Origin: Lytechinus pictus
Lineage: Eukaryota
Length of the DNA: 64,000 nt
Assembly: GCF_037042905.1 (NCBI RefSeq)
Contig: NC_087250.1
Coordinates: 15,192,001-15,256,000, forward strand
Reading direction: 5' to 3'
In this document: positions 13,236 through 43,253 of the stretch, piece by piece
How the letters are laid out: each line of letters starts with the position of its first letter
Position numbering within the stretch: the stretch's first letter is position 1
Translations under genes and position numbers: made by a program
The notes under the pieces: generated by a model
The model's input: only the letters and a program-made list of their open reading frames with translations
Told to the model about the DNA's origin: nothing
Databases searched by the model: none

Positions 13236-14329
13236 GTCTTGGTGGTGAATATGAGTACTTGCTTGGATCACAAGATCTCTGGGCATGCTTAATAAGAGTA
13301 ACAATGGGCATTTGCCTATACGAGCGACATGAAAGCCATTCATAAATTCATGATGAAGGCTTAAAGTGCATTATAGGCATCTTTCTCTGATACAGGAATC
13401 GTAATTAGACGTTCTTGCTGAATCCAGTTGCTGCTTCATAATGAAGCATCCATTTTCTGTTCTTTCCTCTTTGATAAATCTCCTATGGCAACCATCTCCA
13501 AATATTAAGGCTATAGTTTCTAAGTAAGTCGTATGCAAATAATAATATTAATTTCCTGATATTTATGGTAAACAGAAATTCCTCAGTGAGACAATGAACA
13601 AACCAGATGGAGAACTAAGCCAGATTATTGCCTTTCCAACAAGAGGACACAAAATAATGGAACACCCTTAACATCACCATCAAATACCATCCAACATTGA
13701 TTAGACAGTGTGTACCACTTCCAAGATTTATTTGCCACAATGTGCTACTCATGGGTATACTGTGAGGTTATCCAGAGGAATAAACATTTTATGGTACGAC
13801 TAAGGATGTTCTTCTGGAGGAATGCTGACTTTAATAGTGTCATGCACATGTACTTTGGACAATCATACAACTCTCTGTACTAAAATCCGACAAGTCGAGC
13901 ATAGGAGACTGAATGCTAATCAAGAGGACTTTAACAAGAACACACCGTTAACCATGTCTTCTTCCGACACAAGTTGCCTCAATGAGACAATGGACATAAG
14001 TTGTGTCGGAAGATGTCAAGAGTTTTAGAGAAAGGCTAGGAAGGCTTGCACATTTTAGAGCTCCAAAAGCATCAGTAAGGTAAAGCTCAGAATTGTTACA
14101 ATGCATTAAAGAGGACCATAAGAGGGTTTGTAGACAAGCCTATAATACATAATTTGTTGACCGGATTGACAATGATCCAGGCTGTAACAATTAGCATGTT
14201 GGGAGCCCTTAATATCAATAGCTATGACTACATTGGAATATCATTATTAAAGGAAGGCAAAGATTTTTAGTCTTAGTATTCACCACTGATCATGATGATG
14301 ATGACGCTGAAGTCCTGGGACCCAGTCCT

Positions 14330-14620
14330 GACCCATATATGGCCAGATAACATATTGTTTAGTCAAGCAGGTGTAGCCAGACTACTGAAGAAATTATTAA
14401 AGAAAACAACCTGCATGAAGCTACTAGGCCAGACGGAATCTCTGCTGCACTTCTTAATGAGACTACTCATCAGATCTTACCTGCCGTAAGTTTGCTTTTC
14501 CTGGCCTCCCTTTATCATGTTTATGCGGTGAAATTTCAAGAAAGTCTAAGTCGTTCCCATCCATATAAGAAAGGGTTGTCAACTCTAACAAACTACACAC
14601 CAATTCAAATACTGTGCTTT
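14330..14620 (+). mobile_element. Degraded LINE reverse transcriptase fragment
   Basis: KATRPDGISAALLNE...ILPAVSLLFLASL...VVPI resembles the KA.GPD.I...LKE region before the RT core. Confidence 0.55.
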
Positions 14621-16429
14621 GTTCTTGCCAATCCCATCATCTTGTCAGACTAACGCTTAGGAAGCGAAGAACATATTTCCAGTATTTTTCCTTGAATATA
14701 AATAATATTAGGATAGATTTGAATGCTTAGTGATAGCAGCTTATTAATTTGAAAAACTTAAATGTTTTCACTGCAGTCAATGTGATAAAAATCTAAATTT
14801 CTTGACATTTTCCATATAAGGATACTTATTTGCATAATATGCAAATGAGGCAGATTTGCTAGCTTTTTTAAATAAAGACATTGAACTTATTTATTCATCA
14901 TGTTCAAAATTACTTGCTGTGGACATTTAATTTGTAATCTTTGGATTAATTTCCTCATTTTCTATTTTTTTTAATGGCTACTTTGCATAATATGCAAATT
15001 AATTTTCAGGCATTGGGATGAATTCTCATGCTTAGTGATATAGTAGCATATTAATGTCAACATTAATGAAATGTTTTCAAGCAGTCTATATAAGAAAAAT
15101 CCCAATATCTTGACATTTTTTCCATATAAGGATGCTTATTTGCATAATATGCAAATGAGGTAGAAATTTTTGCACTTTTGATTGAAAAAATTGAATTCAG
15201 TTATTTATCATGAATTTCCATTCATATCAAATTATTTTGGACATTTAATTTGTAATCTTTGGATTATTTCCCTTCTTTTTCTAATTTTTAATGGCTAATT
15301 TGCATAATATGCAAATTTCATAAATTTCCACTGCTTGGATTTCTTGGGACTTTTAGTATGTTGTTTAGGGGACCTTCCTGGAAAGCATTTCAGTGGAATA
15401 TCTCGTGTTGCAATTAGTGGTGGGTTACCCCCCTATTCTGGCTAGATTGACTGGACTAATAGTAGGGAATCTGATGAAAAAATCATAAAAATACAATAAT
15501 TATTTCTAGGAGATGGAAATTTGTTAATTCTTGACCATTTACTGTGTTCGTGATATCAGATTAAAGACCAGATGTTGAACTTATTAGAAATGTAATTTTC
15601 TATTTAAAATTCAGATACCCCCACCTCCCAGTATCTACTTATTATCTTTTCTTTATTTTTTTTCTCAATCATGCGTGAATCAGGAATCTTCTAGTTCCAC
15701 CAGGTGAAAGAGGAGATTCTAAGCTTTACAATGATGTAGGTCATTTGTCCATTGTATTTGTGACTAAATTATGATAAATGATCCATAATTCTTTGATTCA
15801 TTTTTTCTGGGACGCACTCTACAGGCGTTTGTTTCTATTTTGTTTTAAATGATGATAAACAATTGTTTACGAGTAAACAATTAGGTGTAAGTTTTGATTT
15901 ACTTATTCTTTGTCTGATTCCTTCTCTTGCCCAACATTTCTCCTTATTTTCCCATTGAATTAAATTTTCTTGTAGCTCTTAACTTGTACTGATAAATACT
16001 ACAACACATGCTTATCAAACCATTAAGCATAGCTTTTTCAAAGCCATTTATTTACAAATAATATATACATGTACACATATATTTACAGATCTCTCATAAT
16101 CACTCTCCTCCAGAAGCTTGAACCCTGAACCCAACAAAGTTTGGCAATTGGGAAAACAAGATACAGAAGATAGGGACATTGTAAAGTCTCCTGAACAGTG
16201 CACTCACACAGAGAGAATTTGAATTCCTAAATAATTATAGTAATTCCTTTAAATCAACATAAAATTGAGCCTTTTTCCCCCTTTATTTTCATACCAAATA
16301 TGACATGAATAGTTAAGGCGTAGATGAGCAAGATGAGTTTGAAAACACAATTTCAAAACAAAGTTCCGCAGACATAAAGCTCAAGACTTCCCCCATTTAA
16401 AACGAATCTTTGATTAAAAAACACTCACA

Positions 16430-16740
16430 AAACTTCCTGTATCAAAGAAATCATTAGTATGAACGGACCATTGCTCATGCGGGGCCGACCCTGGGGAATT
16501 CTCTTCCATAGGGTTTGAAAACAGAGACTTCAGCAACCACCTTCAAGGGCAACTTGAAGACGTACCTGTATAATGGCGCTGTTTGACAGACAACCATCTT
16601 TGTATCGAAGGCTATCCTTGTATAGTTCAAACTTGCTATGAATTTTTTTTTCTCCCTTTCTGTATCATTTGCTCTGAAGCACCTTAAGCACCTAGTTGAA
16701 ATGCAAAATGTGCTTTACAATTCTATGTGTTATTTTCATT
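16430..16740 (+). mobile_element. Degraded CR1/L2 LINE 3' end
   Basis: RTIAHAGPTLGNSLP...FKGNLKTYL. Confidence 0.6.
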
Positions 16741-16744
16741 TGTA

Positions 16745-17432
16745 AGGATGTAACCACCTTGCATAATGCACGCATTGTGGTGCCGGCATTGCCCCGCATT
16801 GATGCGTGCTAGTGCGGGACACTTTATGGCACGACTTGGCTATATCAGTTCACGCAATGTCCCGACACGTTCACGACATGTTTGCGCATATCTCGCGCAT
16901 AGTTCACGCACTGTCCCAAGGTGCCTTCAGCAAATATTCTCAACACCCTATTCTGTGACGTATCTAGCACAAATTTAAATATTCCAAAGTTCTGGTGTTG
17001 ACATCCTCTACGTTCGGTGATTAGGACAACTTACTCTGATCACGTGGTCTGCACACACAATTTGCGCATATCATTCGCGAACTATGCGTGAAGTATGCTT
17101 AGACTATTTTTGCAAAGTATGCGTGACCCTGTCGTGAACTAGTGAACTGCGTGCCACTACCCCAGGGGGTATTCCTTCTATTTCTATGTCACGCTGTGGC
17201 ACACAGTGGCACGACTAGGTTGCGCATAGTTCACGAACAGTTCGAAAATTTGTAATGCGTGCCAAAATTTTCAACATGTTGAAAATTTTGGCACGCATTT
17301 CACGGAATGGCATGCACTGCCACGCACCTGTCCACAAGCTGGCACGCATAGTTCGCGCATTGGCCCGCATGAGTGCCTGCCCATGCGCAAACTATGCGGG
17401 AACCACAGTGCGTGCAAGTGTCACCTGGGCAT
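16745..17432. mobile_element. GC-rich inverted-repeat MITE (Harbinger-like)
   Basis: The arms carry inverted gcgcatagttcacg / cgtgaact...gcg motifs, and the element ends in cgtgcaagtgtcacctgggca. Confidence 0.5.
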
Positions 17433-18251
17433 CAGAAAGGTATGGCTCATTATCTTTTGTTTTTTTTGTTAAGTTTCTTTCACTAATCCGTAAAGGAGAG
17501 GGGATGTAGATTCACAAGTCATTTTGGACATGCTTCAGTATTTATAGCTACTACAAGAGTGAGCAATGCACTGGGTATTTGGTCTCAAATCAAAGAAGAG
17601 ATTCTATTCGCACTGTTAATTTTATATTCATGATTGAAACGTATGGAATAATTGTGATATCTAACTCTAAAGAAAGGTTTCCTATTTAGTGGGATGCATT
17701 AGTACAGATAATTTTTTAATTAGATTAGGGTCAAAGTGATTTAAGTGACCATCTTTCATCAAAATTGGGGACAGTTGGCAGGAATGTCTTCCAATAACAA
17801 AGATGACAAATTAATAAAAGTTCCTGATAAATACTCCATTTCTCCTTTTTCTTCTCTCTCCTTTCATATTAGGCCCTTATGTAGCACTCATAATGACATC
17901 TCAAAGCGCTTCAAAGGTATATTTTAACCCCCATCAGATCCTGGCTTGCCCTAAACACAATGAATGTACTTTCTCCACTCCCTGAGGAGCATTCCAACAA
18001 GAGTTTTCAAACTCAATTGCTAGGCATCCTTCCAGGTTCCCAATTAAAACCTGGATGGAGAGTGGCAAATTGTTGATTGATGCCTTGCCAAAGGATGCTA
18101 TAGGCCACAATGGGATTTGAACACACGACCCTCTGATTACAATGTGTCAATTAGTAAATATATCAATCTATGATAAGACAGTGTGTATGCTTTTAGAAGA
18201 GTAATTATCTTCAAGGTTCAATAATCTCAGAAAAAAAAACACAATTTCATA

Positions 18252-35083
<16,832 letters not shown>

Positions 35084-37502
35084 TCTAATTTAAGAAATGT
35101 TGGCCTACGCCGTACGGCAAAATTCAACTCAAGTTCCCGGTGGCACGGCGACAGAAATGTAGAGCTTCAAGTTCACGAGATAAATAAAAAACGCCCTCTG
35201 TGGCCTGAAAGGGGCTGATAATCTGTCTTTCTTTGTTTCTTTCATTCTTCATATTTTTTATTTTCTGTTTTCCTTTCTCTCCTTTATTTTATCTTTCACA
35301 CATTTATTCACCTTCCCATCCTTTATTTTTCCTTCTTTCTTTATTCATTTCAAAGAATGACGGAAACTTTTTTTTTCTTTTTTTCTTTCTTTCATCCTTC
35401 TTTTATTCTAACTTTCTTTTTTTTCCCTTCATTTTCTTTACTTGTACTTCATTTTCCCCTTCATTTTTTCTTCCTTTCCTCTCAATTCATCTCTTTTCTT
35501 TCCTCATTTCTTTCTCTCCTACATTCTTTCGTCCACCCTCCCTTCATTTTCTTTATAATATTTTTAACTCTAAAAAATATTGGGTAAAAATGCTCCATGA
35601 GAGTAATTATGTGTCCAACCAACTTTGGGCATTTATATTTATCCAGTTTGATTTAAATTTTGCCCATTCTATAAAGTAATTGCTGCTTATTTTTAACCTA
35701 AACTGGACAATATGCTTCCTGCATTGGGTAAAATACTCCTCAAAATTGGTTGGACACATAATTACACTCGTGCTGGTAAAAATTTTACCCAATAATTTTT
35801 ACAGTCCACTCTAATATTGTGTAGCCTTCTTTGTTGATCAAGTCCATCCCAGAAAAAAGTTGATTTGAATAAAATATCAAACAAGAATAATACTGAAAAC
35901 TTCATCAAAATCGGATGGAAAAAAGGGAAAGTTATGACATTTTAAATTGTCTCAACTCAGTGATATACAAAGGAGAGAGTCGATGATATCACTCACTATT
36001 TCTTTTATGTTTTATTGTTTGAATTTTACAATATTTCACTTTTACGGATTTAAATATTATGACCATGCATCTACTTAATTTAATTGAACCACAAAATGTT
36101 AAGACACTAGAATTCCACATGTTCAGGGAGGAATGAAAAATTTTCGGCATGACAATGAGGAGAAAATTTAAATATTTCATATGATAAAATACAAAAGAAA
36201 TAGTGAGTGGGTGATGTCATTGGTCCCTTCATTTGCATACTGACCAGGATGGGCATTTAGCAAAATTTAAAAATGTCATAACTTTCTCATTTCAGATCCG
36301 ATTTTGATGAACTTTTTACAGTGTTATTTTTTATCCTTGTTTGATTTTTCTCTTTCTATTCAAATATTTTTTTTTGTTGGGGTGGACCTGTCTTTTAAGG
36401 CCTGGCTCGGGCGATCTGGCTTGGTCGATCCGCTCGTGTAGCGTAATTTGTCAATAATTGTCCCGTATTTCATTTTGTGAAATCTGGTCACCCTGGCCGG
36501 AGAAGGAAGGAATGGAAAGAAAGAATAAGGGAAAAGAATTAGAGGGATAACAAGAAAATATAGAATGAAAGAAAGGATGAAAGAGAGGGAGGAATGAAGG
36601 GAGGAGAGGATGAAAAAAGAAAGAAATTAATGGAAAGAGAGAAAGAACAAAAAAAGAAGAGGAAGGGAGAAGACAGCAAAGAAATTTTTAAAAAGAAAAT
36701 TGATTATAAAGAAGGGAATTAAGAGAAAGAAGGAAAGAAATGAAAATGAACAGAGAGAATTAAGGATCAGGTAAGAAAGCAAGGAAAATTTTGAAATAAA
36801 GAGAGATGGAACAAAAAAGGCAAGCAGGAAGGATAGAAGGATGAAGAAAGAAGGATAGAAAAGTAAGAAAAATGAGATGTATTAATTATGTTTTGTTCAA
36901 TATTCTGAAATACGGGACAAATAGGCGTCCCGGGGAGGGTTTGTCGGGACGCCGGGACAAAAGAGCAAAATACGGGACGATCCCGTGAAATACGGGACGT
37001 TTGGTTAGCTGCTACACCGGGTGACCCCCGTTTCTATGCAGGTGCTAATTCCGACCATGTGGTGAGTGGACGAGTTGGCAATTTACCTTTTTAATAACAG
37101 TAATTTGATCCGGTAAATCTTCCTTAATTTGTTTTTGTTATCTATATATTATATCCTTATATGTTATATTATATCATTTTATATTTTATTATAGGCCTAT
37201 TATATCATATTATACATACCCTATTTAACAAAACTAAATTTTCATTAGGCAAATTTTTATGTTCATCTTCTCCAGATAATAGGATTTGTATAGGAGGGGA
37301 TGTCATATTTAATAAGAGCTTCTGCTGGTAATAAAAATAATACTAATGATGATCATAATAATCTAAACGATGATCATAATAAAAATGGTAATAAAGAATA
37401 TAAATGTTAATACAATTGTATTGATCGTTACGCCTATAGTGTTAACAATGTTAATCCTTTTTTCATGATTACAAAAAATGCTCGGAATGTTTACTTTGTA
37501 TG

Positions 37503-37800
37503 TGGGGCGTTGTGGCCCAGTGGATTAGTCTTCTGACTATGAAACAGAGGGTCGTAGGTTCGAATCCCAGCCATGGCGTAATTTCTTTCAGCAAGAAATT
37601 TATCCACACTGTGCTGCACTCAACCCAGGTGAGGTGAATGGGTACCCGGTAGGAAGAAATTCATTAAATGCTTTCCTTTGGGCGCCTATATAGGCAGCCC
37701 AGCTAAAGCCGGGGTAATAGGGCCCGCTGGGAGAACAGTTTTCAGAACTGAAGTGGCTTCCCTTGGTAAATAATACCAACGTTATTATTATTATTATTAT
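37503..37800 (+). mobile_element. Full-length tRNA-derived SINE
   Basis: A box TGGCCCAGTGG, B box GGTTCGAATCC, the family body and a (TTA)n tail. Confidence 0.88.
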
Positions 37801-39807
37801 GTCTTATTAGGCCTACATGAAATTTCCAAAAGTTTAAGCTCGTGAGTCGCTCGCAACATCTCACAATGATGCCCTTTTAACAGTAATTAGGTCCATGATT
37901 GACCAAAAAGCGAGTTTTACAACTTCAGATTTGAATTTTTCCAAACCGCTTGCTCGCTACGCTTTCTCGCGAAAAATAAAACCTAAATATATATCTTATC
38001 AATCAGAAATCAATTAAAAAAACTTTGCTCAACTTAATTACTAAAAAACACACAACTTCTTTACACAGATGATAATCTCATGGTGGAAATATCCATTTGC
38101 ACCAAAATGCGATATCAAAGTGTCCGCTGAGTCTGTCCGCTCGCTTCAGGTTGGTGATTTATCGATATGAAGTAGAGAGAGTGTGTGTGATTTTCTAAAT
38201 ATTTCTTTTTCAAATTTTTTATCTAGTTATTATTATTTTTGTAGCTGGGTACGTGTCAACAACTCAGAAAAAACGTCAACGCCAATTTTTTTTTTTCAAA
38301 GGTGTATTTTCCCGTCCGAAATTAATGTCTGACAAATTAAGAGACAAGGGTCAACACAATTCTGCGGGGGGGGGGGGTCTGCTCGACTGCTTCTCAAACA
38401 CCTGAGGAACGCTATTACAAACGAACGTAGACATGGTAGAGGGCAACAATTAACACCGACAACATGTTAACTGGAGGTTAAGTCCCCAAGTAAAGGCCAC
38501 CCTCCCCCTCCATTTCGTAGAAGCACCCCTGTCTCGGCAGTATGTAATAAAGTTCTTATTGTTCAAACACAAATCGTATCAACGATAGGTAAATGCAATC
38601 AAAATGATCCATAAACAGGTAAAGCGCTAGGCGATGTAAATAATATAAATTCATACCGTTCTTTGGATCGTATAATGTTCAATGGACTTTGAGCATTGTT
38701 TTGGAGACAAAAATAATGATATATTGTTCAAACATTGGTGACGTCACAAAGGGGTGACAGATTCCCTTTGGTTGTTTATTTTAAAAGGGGTGGGGAAAGA
38801 AGAATTAAAATGAAAGAAAGGAAAAAATAATGAAGAAGATAAAAAGGATATCTATTTATGGACCGTATTACTCTATAAACAAACTATATGGCATTCACTA
38901 TTAGGTCGAATTGCATGCCCCTCCTTAGCTCCCTCCCCTGAAAAAAATATCGTGCCACTGTCCCTGATACAAATGGCCTTTATGGGAACCGGATGCGCCA
39001 GCATTTTAACCTGCATTATATTTTCGATGTTGCAAATGTAAAACATAAACACTGATAAAGAAATAATTATATAGGAATTACAAAGAAGTAAATACGAGAG
39101 ATATCGGTAAAATAAGTGAAAGGTAAAAAATTACGAGTTGAGTTGAAGAGGGAAGAAGAAAAATGAGAAACGGGAGAAAGAGAGTTAAGAATTAGAAGTA
39201 GAAAGAGGATGAGGCGGTAAAGAAGGGAAGTGAGGAGAAAGAAATGGGAGGAGGAGAACCAATAACAAGATAATATAAGGAAATAGAACAGGAATTTTAA
39301 GGAGAAGGCAAACATAAAGGGAGAGGGAAAGAAACAATTATAAATCATATCTTCAGGCATACTTCCGAGTTCAGACAACATACTAAGATGGATTTCTTTA
39401 ACTACGGTCTCTTTATAGGGATTTAGACTTGCAGAGCTTCAGGGCTGCTTTTTTCAGGCTCGAGAAAGAGAAGGACACACAAAGATAGAAACAAGGAGAC
39501 TGGCATCCATACAGTCAGACAGTCACAGACAGAGATATACTTAACAATTCGTTCCTGTTATCGACCATGATTATCTTCGTATTGATTGTATACTTAAACC
39601 CCTGAATATTGCTACAACCAATATCACCCTTTTCTAGGAAGCCTGTAACAGTAGTAATAACGCAATATGTATATGATAAGGTTAACGATATGCTAAAATT
39701 AACCTTTGATAACCGCGACATTATGTCAACATTATGAACGATTGTCAGAAAGACAAGTGTAGACCAGTTGGAATTACCAGATAGCTGTAAGTCTATACCA
39801 AAACAAG

Positions 39808-42800
39808 ATGGCGGAGCAGATCGTCTCCTGGCTTTTGGACAAGGGCGCCAGTATCCTGTCCGATGACCAAGAGGAAAACTCGGACGTCTTGCTGAAAGCG
39901 ATCAAAGATGGCGACCTTAACATTGTTAATCTAACCCTCGGGGTTGTCTCGGACATGAATAAAATGAAATTCGAGGGAGAGTCTCTTCTTAGCATCGCGG
40001 CTTTTAGCGGACAAACTGCCGTGGCAAAGGTCCTTGTCAGTAAAGGGGCCGATATTGAGGGGATGGACGAGGATGGGCTGACACCGTTGCATGTAGCTTC
40101 GAGAGAAGGACATTTAGAGGTAGTTCGGTTTCTCGTCTCGAAAGAGGGAGATGTCAATCGACAAACCTACGATGGGATGACTCCACTTGCAATGGCAGCA
40201 AAACGAGGACATCTAGATGTTCTAAAGTTCATTGTCGGCCAAGATGTCGAGATTGACAAGGCCGACAAGGGTGGAAGATCACCCCTTCTCTGGGCAAGCG
40301 CTCGAGGGCATCTATCAACAGTCAATTATCTTCTTCACGTAGGGGCAGATCCGAACAGCGCTAAGAAGAATGGCTGGACGTCCATGCATTATTCCATCTT
40401 CTACGACCATCTGGACGTCCTCAAGAGTCTTGTAAATGCAGGAGCTGACGTCAACATGCCAGACCAAGATGGGACCACGCCTCTTCATGTTGCTTGCTAC
40501 AACGGTCGTATACAAATGCTGAAGTATTTGCTGAGCAACGGAGCTGATCTTCACAAAACTGAGTTCGATGGGACGTCAGTGCTCCACTCTGCTGCTTCTC
40601 AAGGTCACCAAATTATTGTCAGTTATATTCTACGACAAAAAGAGGTACCGTGTTGATATCAAGTTCTTTAATATCACATACAATATTTGCATAATATGAT
40701 TTCTATTTATGAATGCCTGTGTTTAATGCTCCCTTTATACACGCAGCGAATGTCAACTATATTTTTTCAAGGTACGGTGAAAATATCAAATAATTGCATT
40801 TCGATAGTATTATTAAAATATGCGAATAACTAAAGAAAAGTAGAGAATTTTTAGCCTTTCCTTATATAAGCATTGATAAAGAACAAGTCCTAATAATCCA
40901 ATGATACTCCTTCTGATTCAGTTGCCCAAACTTATTAACAATTTCAGAGTCATTTGAAAATTGTTTATTGTTTAAGATATGTTGCAGAAGCTTATTCTTA
41001 GAAAGGGAGACTCATAAACAAAAGCTTGCTTCTCGCACGCAGGGTAGGGAGCTCGCGAACAGACCAGACGCACGAGGGGAAACACCTCTGCACGTCGCCA
41101 CCTCTGAAGGTTCGACCTCTATCATTGATGTCCTGGTTTCCAATGGAGGTGACCTGAATGCCCAGACGTACGGAGGACAGACCTGCTTACATCTTGCTGC
41201 TACAGAACTCCGTGAAGGATCTACCGAGATTGAAGTCACCAAGGAACTGTCAAAGGTATAGAGCGTCCTATGAATTTTAAATAACATGTCTATCAACAAA
41301 CGTAGAGGGCGTCAATTAACCCTTCGCAGTTGACGCCCTTTACGTTATGTTATACCAAGGTTGTTTTACCTGACTGCTAAGAAAGCACGAATGCCTGTGA
41401 GCAAGCAACCAGGGGACCAACGGCTTAAGGTCCTCTCCGAGGGACCTGGTAATGAGGATAAATGCCTTACCAAAGGGCACTAGCGCACCTCTTGAGACTC
41501 GAACCCGGGTCACCGGAATCCGAAACCCCCGCTCTACCGACTGAGCTATCGCGCCTCCCTAAACGTTCCTCGACGTTTATTGTAACAAGTGTGTGTGGGG
41601 GTGGTTGCGTGTTTGTAAATAATTATGTTTGGTCAAAGGCATGGATAGATTTTCTAAGATGGGATGCTTTTAAGAAAAACTAGACCAATGAAACCAGACG
41701 ATCCGTTTACTCTACAAAGTAAATGGGTATCTGATTTCAAGCCCGAACGATCGAGTCTATGAAATAGTTCATTTCGAGTATATCAAGAGTAACAAAATAA
41801 TTTTGGGGTATGTAAAAAAAAAAAGATTTTGGTCAGTTTTCATTCTTTTCAGGCACTTTCCCCAGGTTCGGGTGTTATTCCGGGATGTGAATTAAATATG
41901 CATCCTGATTGGCTAATCTATCTTTAACTGCTAAACTCAATTTGGCCAAGAGATAAAACTGGGTTATTATCCATGTACCTAAGTACAATTCATATATTTA
42001 TATATAGTTTATTTTTATAATTAATTGCTTAAGTTGATGACCGGAAGTTCAAAGGATACCCTCGCACCAGTCGAGGCTTTTATGAAGCATTTGATTCAGA
42101 AGGGTGCTGACGTGAACATTCCAGATAAAGCTTCCAAAAATCCTCTGGATTATTTATCACGCAGGATGGCTAATTTGCTGGTTGGGTATGTATTGATTAT
42201 ATTACAATCTTTTTCAACTTTATCATGATCAGATTATAAAGAGTCGGTTTTGATAGCCTCACCTAATCAATCCATTATCTAAACTTGACGAACCCGAAGA
42301 AAGCCGATGTCGTTGAAATTCTGTTTCGCTATAGGCCCATTTCTAGTCTGTACCCTATACATGGTCATAAAAAACTTCTGCCTAATGACATGAATGGCTT
42401 TTATTAGAGTTCATATACAGTATATGCCTAAGATCATCTTTAATTATTTTATTTTTTACACAAAATCAGTTGATGATTGTAATGAACATCTTCATAAAAT
42501 TGATTAAGGAATCAAAGTGATTCATCGACCGTCAATTGTGATGTGCTCTTAAGAGAACCTTTATTATCTATCCGTTATTCTGGACATTCGAAGGTTAAGA
42601 TATTTCTGTGCATCAAGTTACCTTGTAATAGCTAACAGCAACGCGGCTTTTAGTTTTTATTCTTGTTGGGAACTTTACTTTACCTTTTATGAGGATTAGG
42701 TTGGCCCACGTTCTTTGTCGACCAACATCCATTTACTCATCATGAAAAAATAGCCAAGAAACCCGAATAAGGAAAGCATGAAAAATGTCCAATGTCTATA

Positions 42801-43253
42801 ACTAACATATGTATCTGACGTCATTATGACAACTACCATTACAACCTTGTTTGCTTTTTGCTTACCCTCTACAGGGAACAGAGCCGAGCACAAGACGGGC
42901 GCCCTCCAGGAGGTGCTAAGGTTGACCAGACAGCAAAAAGAAAGGCTGGTTCGTCAAGATCATCATCCACATTGAACGAAGTGGTCTTATACCAGCTGTC
43001 TGAAAACATCCCGAATGAGTCAGTCCTGGCACTAGGTCTTAAATTAGGAATCGCCCAAGCAATGGTCAAACGGTTTGAGCACACAAATCATAAAGGCTCT
43101 GAAGTGACATGCTTAGGAACAAATGCCATGCTTTACCATTGGTTCAATAACACGACAAGTGTAGAGGGACTACCAACACTCAAAAGCGCCCTTCAGAAAT
43201 CGGGTTTAGCCAGACTGGCGGAGGAACATCTCCCAGAAGGGAAAACAAATTAA
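39808..43253 (+). CDS. Ankyrin-repeat protein with C-terminal death domain, 4 coding exons, ~526 aa
   Basis: Exons 39808-40644, 41043-41255, 42034-42185, 42875-43253 are GT-AG and phase-consistent. Repeated G.TPLH.A...GH...V..L...GAD motifs give roughly 10 ANK repeats. The last exon encodes a death-fold-like segment, LYQLSENI...LALGLKLGI...AMLYHW...LKSALQKSGLARLAE. Confidence 0.88.
41360..41560 (-). mobile_element. tRNA-derived SINE of a second family
   Basis: Minus strand reads TAGCTCAGTCGGTAGAGC...GGTTCGAGTC, then gtgccctttggtaaggcatttatcctc. Confidence 0.75.

Larger units (their letters stand above)
11407..15458. mobile_element. Long-TIR DNA transposon relic, Academ-like
   Basis: Termini TAGTCCAGTCAAT / ATTGACTGGACTA, several hundred bp of internally repeated TIR, and a 3-bp direct repeat (ata) on both flanks. 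The interior is degraded and coding-like. The superfamily call is inferred from termini and TSD only. Confidence 0.7.
11191..15823. mobile_element. Old TIR element (Tc1/mariner-like MITE) split by the 11407-15458 insertion
   Basis: The left arm tgtaaagtgcgtcctagaaaaaa...aagcttagattattctcttctacctg is the inverse of 15700-15823. Confidence 0.65.

Noticed and set aside
35233..35679. Phe-rich hydrophobic ORF
   Set aside because: It is a low-complexity polypyrimidine tract; the same applies to 39067-39381 and 57898-58192.
39774..40157. Antisense ORFs over the ankyrin exons
   Set aside because: They are shadow frames of the real plus-strand coding sequence.
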